This document shows, piece after piece, positions 19,197-29,378 of a stretch of 64,000 nucleotides of DNA. The stretch's first letter is position 1. The number at the start of each line of letters is the position of its first letter. Origin of the DNA: Pseudomonadota bacterium (GTDB taxonomy: Bacteria; Pseudomonadota; Alphaproteobacteria; Rhizobiales; Xanthobacteraceae). The stretch is from NCBI GenBank assembly GCA_023387735.1, contig JAEWHP010000001.1:12077-76076 (forward strand), read 5' to 3'. The notes under the pieces were generated by a model. It was not told the origin of the DNA and did no database searches. It was given only the letters and a program-made list of their open reading frames with translations. Made by a program: the position numbers and the translations under genes.

Positions 19197-19760
19197 TTAT
19201 GCAGCGCCAGGAGTTCCGGCAAGATCTGACACCTCGCCGTCCGGCAGCCCGAACTCGAACGTGTTCAGCGTCATCGACACCATCGTGTAATAGCCGCACA
19301 GCCCGATCACCTCGACGATCCCGCGTTCGGTGAGCACTTTTACGGCCTCGTCGTACAGCGGCTTCGAGACGCCCTTGCCTTCATGCAGCGACTTGGCGAG
19401 GTCGTAGATCATCTTTCCCTTGGGGTCGTCGAAGGTTGGCGTGCGGCGGTCGCGGATGTCGTCGATGATCTTCGGATCCATGCCGCCGTTCAACGCCAGC
19501 CGCTTGTGCGCATACCATTCGTAGTGCGAGGTCCAGTGCCGCGCGGTGACGAGGATCGCGATCTCGGAAAGCTTGGCGGGAAAGATCGTGTTGAAGCGAA
19601 GCTGCTCGCCCAGGCGCGTGGCGTGCCGCGCCATGTCGGGGCTGTTGAGCCAGGCCATCATCGGCGCCGGCGGCGCGCCGCGCTTTCCGGCGATCGCCTC
19701 ATCATAGGTTTCTTTTTGCTCGGCGCTCATTTCGCCAGGCGAAAGCAACTTCAGCCGCAT
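19197..19760 (-). CDS. Carboxymuconolactone decarboxylase/AhpD-family protein
   Basis: EIAILVTAR, YEWYAH and GYYTMVSMTLN motifs; GAGG RBS. Confidence 0.8.
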   Translation of the reverse strand: MRLKLLSPGEMSAEQKETYDEAIAGKRGAPPAPMMAWLNSPDMARHATRLGEQLRFNTIFPAKLSEIAILVTARHWTSHYEWYAHKRLALNGGMDPKIIDDIRDRRTPTFDDPKGKMIYDLAKSLHEGKGVSKPLYDEAVKVLTERGIVEVIGLCGYYTMVSMTLNTFEFGLPDGEVSDLAGTPGAA

Positions 19761-19919
19761 GCCCGTTTCCTCTTGTTTTTCAATCGTTCCCGTTGCGCAT
19801 ACACCTGATCGGATGCCGTGACCACCGCCGTCACAGCATGGGCTGATGCCAGACATGTGTTGAATTCCGCGATGCGGCGGCTAAGGTCGATCCAAACATT
19901 CCCATATGGAAACGCTCAC

Positions 19920-21104
<1,185 letters not shown>

Positions 21105-21111
21105 GTTTCCT

Positions 21112-21191
21112 GTCGTTCCGGGGCGACGCGAAGCGTCGAACCCGGAACCTCGAGATTCCGGGTTCGCGTCTGCGACGCGCCCCGGAATGAC
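21112..21191. repeat. REP-like doublet (GTCATTCCGGG family)
   Basis: Same architecture as the element at 18577-18659. Confidence 0.9.
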
Positions 21192-21231
21192 GCCGCAAAA
21201 ATCACGCGTAACTACTGAACCGGAACCTCTC

Positions 21232-22371
21232 ATGGCCCTCGTCCTCACCGAAGAACAATCCATGCTGCGCGACAGCGCGCGCGGCCTCATCAGCGACAAG
21301 GCGCCGGTGTCGCATCTGCGCCAGCTGCGCGACAGCAAGGACGCCACCGGCTTTTCCCGCGACCTCTGGAAGGCGTTTGCCGAGATGGGCTTTTGCGGCC
21401 TGCTGGTGCCGGAGAATTTTGGCGGCAGCGGGCTTGGCTGCGTCGAGGCCGGCGTGGTGATGGAGGAGATCGGCCGCACGCTGATGCCGTCGCCGTTCCT
21501 TTCGACCGCCGTGCTGGCCGCGTCCGCGATCGCGCGCGGCGGCAGCGAGGCGCAGAAGTCGGCGCACCTGCCGAAAATCTCGAACGGCGCGCTGCTTGCA
21601 GCCCTCGCGGTCGACGAAGGGGCAAAGCATCGTCCGCTGCAGACCAGTCTGCAGGCGGTGCGTGCGGGCAATGGCTTCAGGCTGAGCGGGGCCAAGGCGT
21701 TCGTCGTCGACGGCCACACCGCCGATCTCCTGATCGTCGCGGCGCGGACGGGCGGCGCGGCCGGCGAGCGCAACGGGCTGACGCTGTTCCTGGTCGATCC
21801 CAAGGCCAAAGGCATCGCCGTCGAACGCACCGTGATGGTCGACGCGCACAATGCGGCGCGGATCGAATTCGACAATGTCGAGGTCAATGCCGACAGCGTG
21901 CTAGGCGAGGTCGACCAGGGCGGGGCGCTGCTCGAAGGCGTGCTCAACATCGGCCGCGGCGCGGTGGCCTCCGAAATGGTCGGCCTGAGCGAAGAGGTGT
22001 TCGGCCGTACCGTGACGTATCTCAAGGAGCGCAAGCAGTTCGGCAAGCTGATCGGCGAATTCCAGGCGCTGCAGCACCGCGCCGCCGAGCTCTATGTCGA
22101 CATCGAGATCACCCGCGCCGCGTTGCTGAAGGCGCTGCAGGCGCTCGATGGCGATTTCGAGCATGCAGGCGCCGCGGTTGCCGTCGCCAAGGCCAAGGCC
22201 GGCACCACCGCCACGCTGGCTGTGCAGGAAGGCGTGCAGATGCATGGTGGCATGGGCATGACCGACCAGTTCGACATCGGCTTCTTCATGAAGCGCGCCC
22301 GGGTCTGCCAGGAATTGTTCGGCGACAGCAACTACCACGCCGATCAGCTGGCGCGGATGAAGAGTTATTGA
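21232..22371 (+). CDS. Acyl-CoA dehydrogenase, probable partner subunit of the upstream enzyme
   Basis: LTEEQSMLRDSAR, RKQFGKLIGEFQALQHR and QMHGGMGMT motifs. Confidence 0.92.
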   Translation: MALVLTEEQSMLRDSARGLISDKAPVSHLRQLRDSKDATGFSRDLWKAFAEMGFCGLLVPENFGGSGLGCVEAGVVMEEIGRTLMPSPFLSTAVLAASAIARGGSEAQKSAHLPKISNGALLAALAVDEGAKHRPLQTSLQAVRAGNGFRLSGAKAFVVDGHTADLLIVAARTGGAAGERNGLTLFLVDPKAKGIAVERTVMVDAHNAARIEFDNVEVNADSVLGEVDQGGALLEGVLNIGRGAVASEMVGLSEEVFGRTVTYLKERKQFGKLIGEFQALQHRAAELYVDIEITRAALLKALQALDGDFEHAGAAVAVAKAKAGTTATLAVQEGVQMHGGMGMTDQFDIGFFMKRARVCQELFGDSNYHADQLARMKSY

Positions 22372-22381
22372 ACTCGTTGCA

Positions 22382-22484
22382 CCGTCGTTCCGGGATGGTC
22401 CGAAGGACCAGACCCGGAATCTCGAGATTCTCAGGTGCGCAATCGCGCACCGTAGTTCGCGCTAAGCGCGCCCCGGAATGACGG
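22382..22484. repeat. REP-like doublet (GTCATTCCGGG family) with an extra internal hairpin
   Basis: Family arms plus an added GGTGCGCAATCGCGCACC hairpin. Confidence 0.85.
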
Positions 22485-22495
22485 CCTTTCGGCCG

Positions 22496-23536
22496 TCACC
22501 TGATCGGCGGCGCGTACTGGATGCCGCCGTTGCTCCACAGCGAATTCAACCCGCGCGGGATCTTCAGCTTCGATCCTTCGCCGACATTGCGCTCGTAGAC
22601 CTCGCCGTAATTGCCGACGTGGCGGATGATGCGGGCGGCCCAGTCCTTGGGCAGGCCGAGATCTTCGCCGTAGGCGCCTTCGGTGCCGACCAGTCGCATC
22701 ACGTCCGGCTTCTTCGACTTCAGCGCCTCGTCGATGTTCTTCGAGGTGATGCCGAGTTCCTCGGCGTTGAGCATGGCGTACAGCGTCCATTTAACGATCA
22801 TCATCCAGTCGTCGTCGCGTTGCCGCACCACGGGCGCGAGCGGCTCCTTGGAAATGACGTCGGGCAGGATGACGTTGTCGTTTGGCTGGGTGAGGTTCAA
22901 CCGCAGTGCATAGAGCTGGGAGACGTCAGCGGTGAAGGTGTCGCATTTGCCACCCTCATAGGCCTTGAGCACCTCCTCCAGCCTCGGAAACTTCATCTCC
23001 GTGTATTTCATGTTATTGGCGCGGAAGTAGTCGGCGAGGTTGAGCAGCGTCGTCGTCCCCTCCTGCACGCAAACCTTGCTGTTGTTGAGGTCCAGCGCCG
23101 AATCGATGTTGCGCGAGCGCGGCACCATGAAGCCCTGGCCGTCATAGTAGGCGACCGCCGGGAAATAGAGCGCGTAATTGCTCTCGCGTGACATGCTCCA
23201 GGTCGTATTGCGGGAGAGGATATCGACCTTGCGGCTCTGCAATTCCTTGAAGCGCTCGTTGGCGTCGAGCGGCAGGAATTTTATCTTCTTGGGATCGTCG
23301 AAGATCGCGGCGGCCACCGCGCGGCAGAAATCGACGTCGAAGCCGGTCCAGTCGCCCTTGTCGTCGGGGATCGAGAAGCCGGGCAGGCCCTTGTTGACGC
23401 CGCACAGCACTTCGCCGCGCTTGAGCGTCCGCTTCAGGGTCTTGGTGTCATAACGCTCATAGGTGATTGCCGCAGCCGCAATCGCGATTGCGACCGCCAG
23501 TCCAATGAGGAGGCCGCCTCGAAAAGTCCGTAGCAT
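22496..23536 (-). CDS. AapJ/BztA-like amino-acid ABC substrate-binding protein (stand-alone)
   Basis: LCGVNKGLPGFS, GFDVDFCRAVAAA, ISKEPLAP and VGNYGEVYERN motifs. Confidence 0.9.
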   Translation of the reverse strand: MLRTFRGGLLIGLAVAIAIAAAAITYERYDTKTLKRTLKRGEVLCGVNKGLPGFSIPDDKGDWTGFDVDFCRAVAAAIFDDPKKIKFLPLDANERFKELQSRKVDILSRNTTWSMSRESNYALYFPAVAYYDGQGFMVPRSRNIDSALDLNNSKVCVQEGTTTLLNLADYFRANNMKYTEMKFPRLEEVLKAYEGGKCDTFTADVSQLYALRLNLTQPNDNVILPDVISKEPLAPVVRQRDDDWMMIVKWTLYAMLNAEELGITSKNIDEALKSKKPDVMRLVGTEGAYGEDLGLPKDWAARIIRHVGNYGEVYERNVGEGSKLKIPRGLNSLWSNGGIQYAPPIR

Positions 23537-23611
23537 TTTTTAACTCACCAATTTCAGGGAAATGGATCGGCTGGAGCAGCCGCGGCGCAATCGCTGTTCA
23601 GGCTTTTTGGA

Positions 23612-24211
23612 TTACAGTTCGGGCTTCTGGCGGATGATCACCTTGGTGCCGACCGGGACGCGCTCATAGAGATCGGCGACGTCGGCATTGACCAGACGGA
23701 AACAGCCGGAGGAGACGGCGGTGCCGATGGTGTCGGGCCGGTTGGTGCCGTGGATGCGGTAGACGGTGGTGCCGAGATACATCGCGCGGGCGCCCATCGG
23801 ATTGCCGGGGCCGCCGGCCATGAAGCGCGGCAGGTAGGGCTGGCGCGCGATCATCTCCGGCGGCGGCGTCCAGTCCGGCCATTCCGCCTTGCGCGTGATG
23901 TTGACGAGACCCTGCCACTGGAATCCTTCGCGGCCGACGCCGATGCCGTAGCGCAACGCGCGGCCGTTGCCCTGGATCAGATACAGATGGCGTTCGGCGG
24001 TGACGACGATGATGGTGCCCGGCGCTTCGCTGGTACGGTAGAGCACGGCCGTCTTCTTCCACTGCGGTTCGAGCTCGACGGATTCGTCCGGGAGCAGTCC
24101 CGGCTGGTCGCCGACATCGGGCTGGCGCAGTTGCGCCTGGCTTTGCTGAGCCGAAAGGATCAGACCGCTTGCGGCGATCAACATCCAGATCAGGTGCCGA
24201 AACTTCGTCAT
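23612..24211 (-). CDS. L,D-transpeptidase (YkuD/ErfK family)
   Basis: RYGIGVGREG, GGPGNPMGARAMYL and RIHGTN...SSGCFRL motifs. Confidence 0.93.
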   Translation of the reverse strand: MTKFRHLIWMLIAASGLILSAQQSQAQLRQPDVGDQPGLLPDESVELEPQWKKTAVLYRTSEAPGTIIVVTAERHLYLIQGNGRALRYGIGVGREGFQWQGLVNITRKAEWPDWTPPPEMIARQPYLPRFMAGGPGNPMGARAMYLGTTVYRIHGTNRPDTIGTAVSSGCFRLVNADVADLYERVPVGTKVIIRQKPEL

Positions 24212-24383
24212 CGCAGAGCTCTCCTTGGTGGAATATCGGCCAACGGTAGGCAACTTGGCTAAATCAGCGGAACCATAAAATCTCAGGGCCAGCTTGATGG
24301 CAAGTTTAGGGCGAATGCGGCAAACAGGTGACTGAAATGTCTTCTATTTTCGTCGCCACCTCATTCATGGGTATTCCGTTCCC

Positions 24384-24515
24384 TTATTTCGGCGCGATCC
24401 ACAGCCGGAGGCAGAATGAAATCAGCGTCACGGTGCCGACGCCGCCGAGCCACAGGACTGCGAACCACAAAAGACGCTGCGCCAGCGGGCGTTGCTCTGG
24501 CTTGATCTGGGTCAA
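24384..24515 (-). CDS. 43-aa DUF2474-like small membrane protein, probable cytochrome bd accessory subunit
   Basis: TTG overlaps the cydB stop (TTGA). Reads MTQIKPEQRPLAQRLLWFAVLWLGGVGTVTLISFCLRLWIAPK. Below the ORF-track length cutoff. Confidence 0.8.
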   Translation of the reverse strand: MTQIKPEQRPLAQRLLWFAVLWLGGVGTVTLISFCLRLWIAPK

Positions 24516-25519
24516 TGATAGCCGCTCTCCGGTTTGACCTTGCCGCGGAATACCCAGTAGGCCCAGACGGTATAGCCGAGGATCAGGGGAATCAGCACGG
24601 CGACGCCGAACAGCATGAAGAGCTGGCTGTTAGGAGGCGAAGCCGCCTGCCAGATGGTGACGCTCTGCGGCACGACGTAGGGAAACATGCTGATGCCGAG
24701 GCCGGCATAGGACAGCGCGAACAGCGCCAGCGTCAGGAAGAACGGCTGATAGTCGTATTTGTTGGCAAGGCTGCGCAGCAACAGCACCGTGACGGCAGCC
24801 ACCGCGACCGGCACCGGTGCGGTCAGGACGATATTCGGCCAGGTGAACCAGCGCTGCGTGTACTGCAGGCTAAGGAACGGCGTCGCAAGACTGACCGCGC
24901 CTATGGCGCCGAGCATCGCGAACAGCAGAAACCAGCTCAGATGATAGGCGCGATCGCGCAACTCGCCTTCCGTCTTCATGACAAGCCAGGTCGCGCCGAG
25001 CAGGGCATAGCCGATCACCAGCGCCACGCCGGTCAGGATGCTGAACGGCGTCAGCCAGTCCCACCAGCCGCCGGCATATTGCCGCCCCTCGACATGCACG
25101 CCTTGCAGAATGGCGCCGAGTGCCACCCCCTGCGCCATCGTCGCGAGCATTGATCCGCCGGCAAAGGCGATGTCCCAAAGGTTGCGTTCGCGCTGGGTTC
25201 GCCAGCGGAATTCGAAGGCGACGCCGCGAAACACCAGCCCGAGCAGCATCACGATCATCGGCGTATAAAGCGCCGGCATCAGGATCGCATAGGCCAGTGG
25301 AAACGCCGCCATTAGGCCGCCGCCGCCGAGCACCAGCCAGGTTTCGTTGCCGTCCCAGACCGGGGCGACGCTGTTCATGATGACGTCGCGGTCTTTCTTC
25401 TCCGGGAATAGCGGAAAGAGGATGCCGAGGCCGAGGTCGAACCCGTCCATGACGACATAGACGAAGACCGCGAACGCGATGATGAAGGCCCAGATGATCG
25501 GAAGGTCGATGGCCATCAT
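24512..25519 (-). CDS. cydB: Cytochrome bd quinol oxidase subunit II
   Basis: MDGFDLGLG, PVWDGNETWLV and FRGVAFEFR motifs. Confidence 0.95.
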   Translation of the reverse strand: MMAIDLPIIWAFIIAFAVFVYVVMDGFDLGLGILFPLFPEKKDRDVIMNSVAPVWDGNETWLVLGGGGLMAAFPLAYAILMPALYTPMIVMLLGLVFRGVAFEFRWRTQRERNLWDIAFAGGSMLATMAQGVALGAILQGVHVEGRQYAGGWWDWLTPFSILTGVALVIGYALLGATWLVMKTEGELRDRAYHLSWFLLFAMLGAIGAVSLATPFLSLQYTQRWFTWPNIVLTAPVPVAVAAVTVLLLRSLANKYDYQPFFLTLALFALSYAGLGISMFPYVVPQSVTIWQAASPPNSQLFMLFGVAVLIPLILGYTVWAYWVFRGKVKPESGYH

Positions 25520-26925
25520 GGGGCGGCTCCTTCGGCTGCCGCGCCAGCGGCGGGCGTGATGCCGGCGGTGCGGGTCGGGACCTCCTTCGGCGGTCCCTGT
25601 TCGCCCGGATGCGGCGGGGCGGCCATCAGGCGCAGCAGGTAGATCACCCCGGCCGTGAACACCACGAAGTAGACGATGATGAACGCGATCAGCGAGGAGG
25701 CGACCGCAGGCGCCGCCAGCGGCGAAGCGGATTCAGCCGTTCGCAATAGTCCATAGACCGTGAAAGGCTGACGTCCGGTCTCGGTCGTGATCCAGCCCGC
25801 GAGCACGGCGATGAAGCCGGACGGCGCCATGGCGACCGCGAACATGTGCAGGAGCCGGGAATCGTAGAGCTTGCCCTGCAGCCGCATCAGCAGGCTGAAC
25901 AGCCCCAGCGCCAGCATCAGCAGCCCCATGCCGACCATGATCCGGAACGACCAGAACGTGATCGCCACCGGCGGCCAGTTTTCGCGCGGCACGGTGTCGA
26001 GACCATCCATCGCCGCATCGGGCGAATGCTTGAGAATCAGCGAGCCCAGCTTCGGCACTTCCACCGCATAATCTACCCTTCCGGCGGCCTGGTTGGGCAG
26101 GCCGAACAGGATCAGGGGCGCGCCATGCTTGTGACTCGTGAAGTGGCCTTCCATCGCCATGATCTTCACCGGCTGATGTTCCAGCGTGTTGAGCCCGTGC
26201 TGGTCGCCGGCGATGATCTGGATCGGCGCCACCAATGCGGCCATCCACATCGCCATCGAGAACATCACGCGCGGGCCGGCGAGGTGCCGGTCGCGCAGCA
26301 GATGCCAGGCGCCGACCGCGCCGACCACCAGCGCGGTGGTCAGGTAGGCCGCCAGCACCATGTGCACGAGGCGGTAGGGGAAGGACGGGTTGAAGATCAC
26401 CTTGAACCAGTCGGCGGCGATGAACTGCCCTTCGGCGTTGAAGGCGTAGCCCGCCGGGGTCTGCATCCAGGAATTGGCGGAGAGAATCCAGAACGCCGAA
26501 ATCAGCGTGCCGATCGCGACCATCAGCGTCGCCAGAAAATGCAGCCTGGGACCGACGCGCTTGAGGCCGAACAGCATCACGCCGAGGAAGCCCGCTTCGA
26601 GGAAGAATGCGGTCAGCACCTCATAGGCCATCAGCGGGCCGAGCACGGGGCCGGTCTTGTCGGAGAAGGCCGACCAGTTGGTGCCGAACTGGTACGACAT
26701 CACGATGCCGGACACGACGCCCATGCCGAACGCGACGGCGAAGATCTTGAGCCAGTAGTTGAACAGGTTGATGTAGACCTCGCGCCCGGTCGCGAGCCAG
26801 AGCGCTTCGAGCACGGCGAGATAGCTGGCGAGCCCAATCGAGAAGGCGGGAAATATGATGTGGAACGACATCGTGAAAGCAAACTGCGCCCGGGCCAACA
26901 CGACCGCATCCCAGCCTTCGAACAT
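25516..26925 (-). CDS. cydA: Cytochrome bd quinol oxidase subunit I (short Q-loop/CIO type)
   Basis: ARAQFAFTMSFHIIF, YEVLTAFFLEAGF, QPVKIMAMEG and GWITTETGRQP motifs. Alternative start at 26934. Confidence 0.95.
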   Translation of the reverse strand: MFEGWDAVVLARAQFAFTMSFHIIFPAFSIGLASYLAVLEALWLATGREVYINLFNYWLKIFAVAFGMGVVSGIVMSYQFGTNWSAFSDKTGPVLGPLMAYEVLTAFFLEAGFLGVMLFGLKRVGPRLHFLATLMVAIGTLISAFWILSANSWMQTPAGYAFNAEGQFIAADWFKVIFNPSFPYRLVHMVLAAYLTTALVVGAVGAWHLLRDRHLAGPRVMFSMAMWMAALVAPIQIIAGDQHGLNTLEHQPVKIMAMEGHFTSHKHGAPLILFGLPNQAAGRVDYAVEVPKLGSLILKHSPDAAMDGLDTVPRENWPPVAITFWSFRIMVGMGLLMLALGLFSLLMRLQGKLYDSRLLHMFAVAMAPSGFIAVLAGWITTETGRQPFTVYGLLRTAESASPLAAPAVASSLIAFIIVYFVVFTAGVIYLLRLMAAPPHPGEQGPPKEVPTRTAGITPAAGAAAEGAAP

Positions 26926-27062
26926 CGGCACCATCCGTCACAAGTTTCGCTCGCCGCGACCGCTTTCGAAAGGCAAAGCGCTTTCGAAAGATCGCTTCCG
27001 CTTACTCTATCATGCCCCGATGACGATAGTAGCCGCGCCGTGCGCGGAACAGGCGTGCGGCG

Positions 27063-28031
27063 CTATCCCGCACCGGATCGATGCAACCCCAGCCGCCTGG
27101 TGATTTCGGCCTGCACGGCGCGGGTCTGTTCCTTGCCGACCAGCACCGGACTGCAGACCCTTCGGCCGGAGTGGAGACGGGCCGTGAGCGCGTAATGCGA
27201 GCCGCGCCGGCCGCCACTTTCGACATCGACGTCGGTGACGTCGTCGCCGCCGGCGGTGATGACCTCGATCGTGCCGGTCAGTGACAGCCGTTCCATCCGC
27301 AGGCCGCCATCCCTGACAATCCAGCATCCGCTGGCCCGGTAAAGGTATCTCGTCAGCAGGAAGGCCACGATTGCGCCGAATGACCAGACGGCGACGCCAG
27401 GCCCGGTCAGTTTGCCGCTCCACAGCGCGAACGCGGGTGGAAGAACCACAGAACAAACCAATAACCCGGTGAGCGCCCGGAACGCCCACAATCGTCGGGC
27501 ACTGACCGGCTTACCCAGCCGTATCGCCGCATTCGCGGCGTCGAGCGGATTTTCGGCCAGTTCCGGCGCGGGCAATTTCAACAGCCGCGCAATCTGCACG
27601 GTGGTCCGTTTCACCTGGGTGATGTCAGGCAGCGGCGGCGAGATCAGCGTTTCGCCCGAGCCGGTCTCGAAGATGAGCGTGAACTCGACCGACTTGCCGA
27701 TGCTCCTCCGCAGCCGCATCTCCGAGAGTTCATCCTCCCGGATCGATCTGCTGCGCAGCTTTCCGAACGGGCGCTGTTCGCCGATCAGGATTTCGCCCGG
27801 CGTGACGATCCACACCACGTTGTGATCAAACAGCGCTGCGACCAGCAGCAGGCAGCCGAACAACAGCGCACACAGTGCGGCGATGCCGAGCCACTGGCCG
27901 TTCGCCAGATGGGCAAGGCCGGGCAGGGCGATCAGGCACACTAGGATGGCGATGCCTGCGAGAACGAGCCGCTCCTTGAGCGACGTGCCCTTGCGCAATC
28001 TCACTTCATTCTCGTTCGCCACAGCATCCAT
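27063..28031 (-). CDS. Hypothetical membrane protein with an internal two-fold repeat
   Basis: Two units, each a TM hairpin followed by a WIV...SPxL...IxRxLxL soluble domain. Confidence 0.6.
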   Translation of the reverse strand: MDAVANENEVRLRKGTSLKERLVLAGIAILVCLIALPGLAHLANGQWLGIAALCALLFGCLLLVAALFDHNVVWIVTPGEILIGEQRPFGKLRSRSIREDELSEMRLRRSIGKSVEFTLIFETGSGETLISPPLPDITQVKRTTVQIARLLKLPAPELAENPLDAANAAIRLGKPVSARRLWAFRALTGLLVCSVVLPPAFALWSGKLTGPGVAVWSFGAIVAFLLTRYLYRASGCWIVRDGGLRMERLSLTGTIEVITAGGDDVTDVDVESGGRRGSHYALTARLHSGRRVCSPVLVGKEQTRAVQAEITRRLGLHRSGAG

Positions 28032-28146
28032 CGCCGGCGGCAGGCATCACGACCACCGTGGGCGCATCAAATGGCAAAGTGTGCGGCTGAAATGCGGCAG
28101 GTCCCAGTTGCCCCCATCAAGCCTTGACGAAGGACGCCAGAAGCAG

Positions 28147-28247
28147 AGCGACCCGGCCGAGGGGGGTCATCCCGGCCGGGTCGTTGGAGGTCGCTTGGAG
28201 GTCTGATAGTTGGGAGGCTAGGACTTGATAGGCTTGGAGGTAGAAAT
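28147..28247 (-). ncRNA. Candidate 3'-UTR sRNA with four CCUCC anti-Shine-Dalgarno motifs
   Basis: GGAGG on the + strand at 28186, 28197, 28213 and 28236, between the small-gene stop and the hairpin. Confidence 0.4.
28149..28183 (-). terminator. GC-rich hairpin, probable terminator of the small-protein transcript
   Basis: 11-bp stem CGACCCGGCCG/CGGCCGGGTCG; only a weak U tract follows. Confidence 0.6.
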
Positions 28248-28448
28248 TCAGCGGGGGGTCACGCTGTCGTAGGAGATCACACAGATCTCTTTTGGATTCT
28301 TGCTGCTGCAATCGACCACCTGCTCACGCACGAACGTCGAGCCGGCGTCACGCTGGGCGCGCGGCTGGATGTTCTGAGCCGATAGGGTGGCCAGGGTTGC
28401 AACTGCGCCGAGCGGGACGATGAAAAAGCGGAAGGACGGCTTCAGCAT
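28248..28448 (-). CDS. 66-aa putative secreted protein with two Cys
   Basis: Strong AGGAGAG RBS after a CAACG-rich leader; signal-like N-terminus; C-x8-C motif. Confidence 0.65.
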   Translation of the reverse strand: MLKPSFRFFIVPLGAVATLATLSAQNIQPRAQRDAGSTFVREQVVDCSSKNPKEICVISYDSVTPR

Positions 28449-28526
28449 GTTCGCTCTCCTGTTCGGCGTTGGCGTTGCGTTGGTGATGATCGGTATAGGG
28501 GGTGAGTTTTTCCGGGTGATGTCGCC

Positions 28527-28583
28527 AATTGTTTCATTTGTTTCGTCGGGGTTAATCTTTGTCCGCCGAAACCGACCCGTTTC
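28527..28583. promoter_or_regulatory. GAAAC-box cluster upstream of the small gene
   Basis: GTTTC at 28531, 28540 and 28579; GAAAC at 28568. Confidence 0.5.
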
Positions 28584-28624
28584 TCGCTCCCATCCCTTGT
28601 TTAACGCATTGAAATAGCCGGTCT

Positions 28625-29236
28625 TTAGGCGGCAAGGCTGTCCACGCCGGCGCCCTTAAGCAATTCGGCCAATTGTTTGCGGGCATAGAACATCCGGGTC
28701 TTCACCGTGCTCTGGGGAATACCGATGATCTCGCCTGCCTCCTCGACCGACTTCTCGTGGTAGTAGACCAGGTTGATGATCTCGCGGTGCGCCGGCGACA
28801 GCTTTGCGATGCAGGCGCGCAGGATGGCGCTGGTGTTGTTGCGGTCCAGCGACGCTTCCGGCGTATCGGCCTCGTCGGCGATCTCGAGGACGTCTTCCTG
28901 GTCGATGTCTTCATGTTTGCGCTGGCGCAGCGCGGTCAGCGCCTTGAAGCGGGCGATCGACAGCAGCCAGGTGGAGACCTGCGAACGGCCTTCGAACTGG
29001 CTGGCGGTGCGCCAGACGTCGAGGAACACCTGACTCACCAGATCTTCCGCCATGGTGGTGTCGCGCACCATGCGCAGCACGAAGCGATAAACGCGTACGT
29101 TGTGGCGTGAATAGAGTACATGCATCGCGTGCCGATCGGCCTTGGCGATGCTGTCGAGAAGCATCTCATCCGAAATCGCACGGGCAGCGGCGATCGACTT
29201 GCGGGCTGCGGCGTTGATGGCGACGACGTTCGGCAT
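28625..29236 (-). CDS. ecfQ: ECF sigma-70 factor, EcfQ-like, with no adjacent anti-sigma gene
   Basis: AEDLVSQVFLDVW, STWLLSIAR and GIPQSTVKTRMFYAR motifs; upstream GAAAC boxes like those recalled for Bradyrhizobium ecfQ. Symbol is tentative. Confidence 0.85.
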   Translation of the reverse strand: MPNVVAINAAARKSIAAARAISDEMLLDSIAKADRHAMHVLYSRHNVRVYRFVLRMVRDTTMAEDLVSQVFLDVWRTASQFEGRSQVSTWLLSIARFKALTALRQRKHEDIDQEDVLEIADEADTPEASLDRNNTSAILRACIAKLSPAHREIINLVYYHEKSVEEAGEIIGIPQSTVKTRMFYARKQLAELLKGAGVDSLAA

Positions 29237-29297
29237 GACAGGCTCCCAATTCGCCGTGACTACGGCGGTTCGTTGAGAGGATTGTTAGTCAGCCTCG

Positions 29298-29378
29298 GTT
29301 TCGGGACGTCTGCACCAAAAGGGAAAAATGGTTTCGTGGAGGGGAGAATTGTTTCGTCGCAGCACCTGCGACGAAACA
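29298..29378. promoter_or_regulatory. GAAAC boxes and a perfect 13-bp inverted repeat upstream of the sigma gene
   Basis: GTTTC at 29298, 29331 and 29351; TGTTTCGTCGCAG-CAC-CTGCGACGAAACA at 29350-29378. Confidence 0.7.

Noticed and set aside
28184..28241. TTGGAGG repeats as a mini-CRISPR or CsrA-sponge RNA
   Set aside because: Repeats are 5-9 nt with irregular short spacers and no cas genes. The GGA-bearing strand is antisense to the local transcript and no promoter is evident for it.
28117..28311. 64-aa ORF as a frameshifted continuation of the small protein
   Set aside because: No RBS; it crosses the CCUCC tract and terminator-like hairpin, which are better explained as RNA features.
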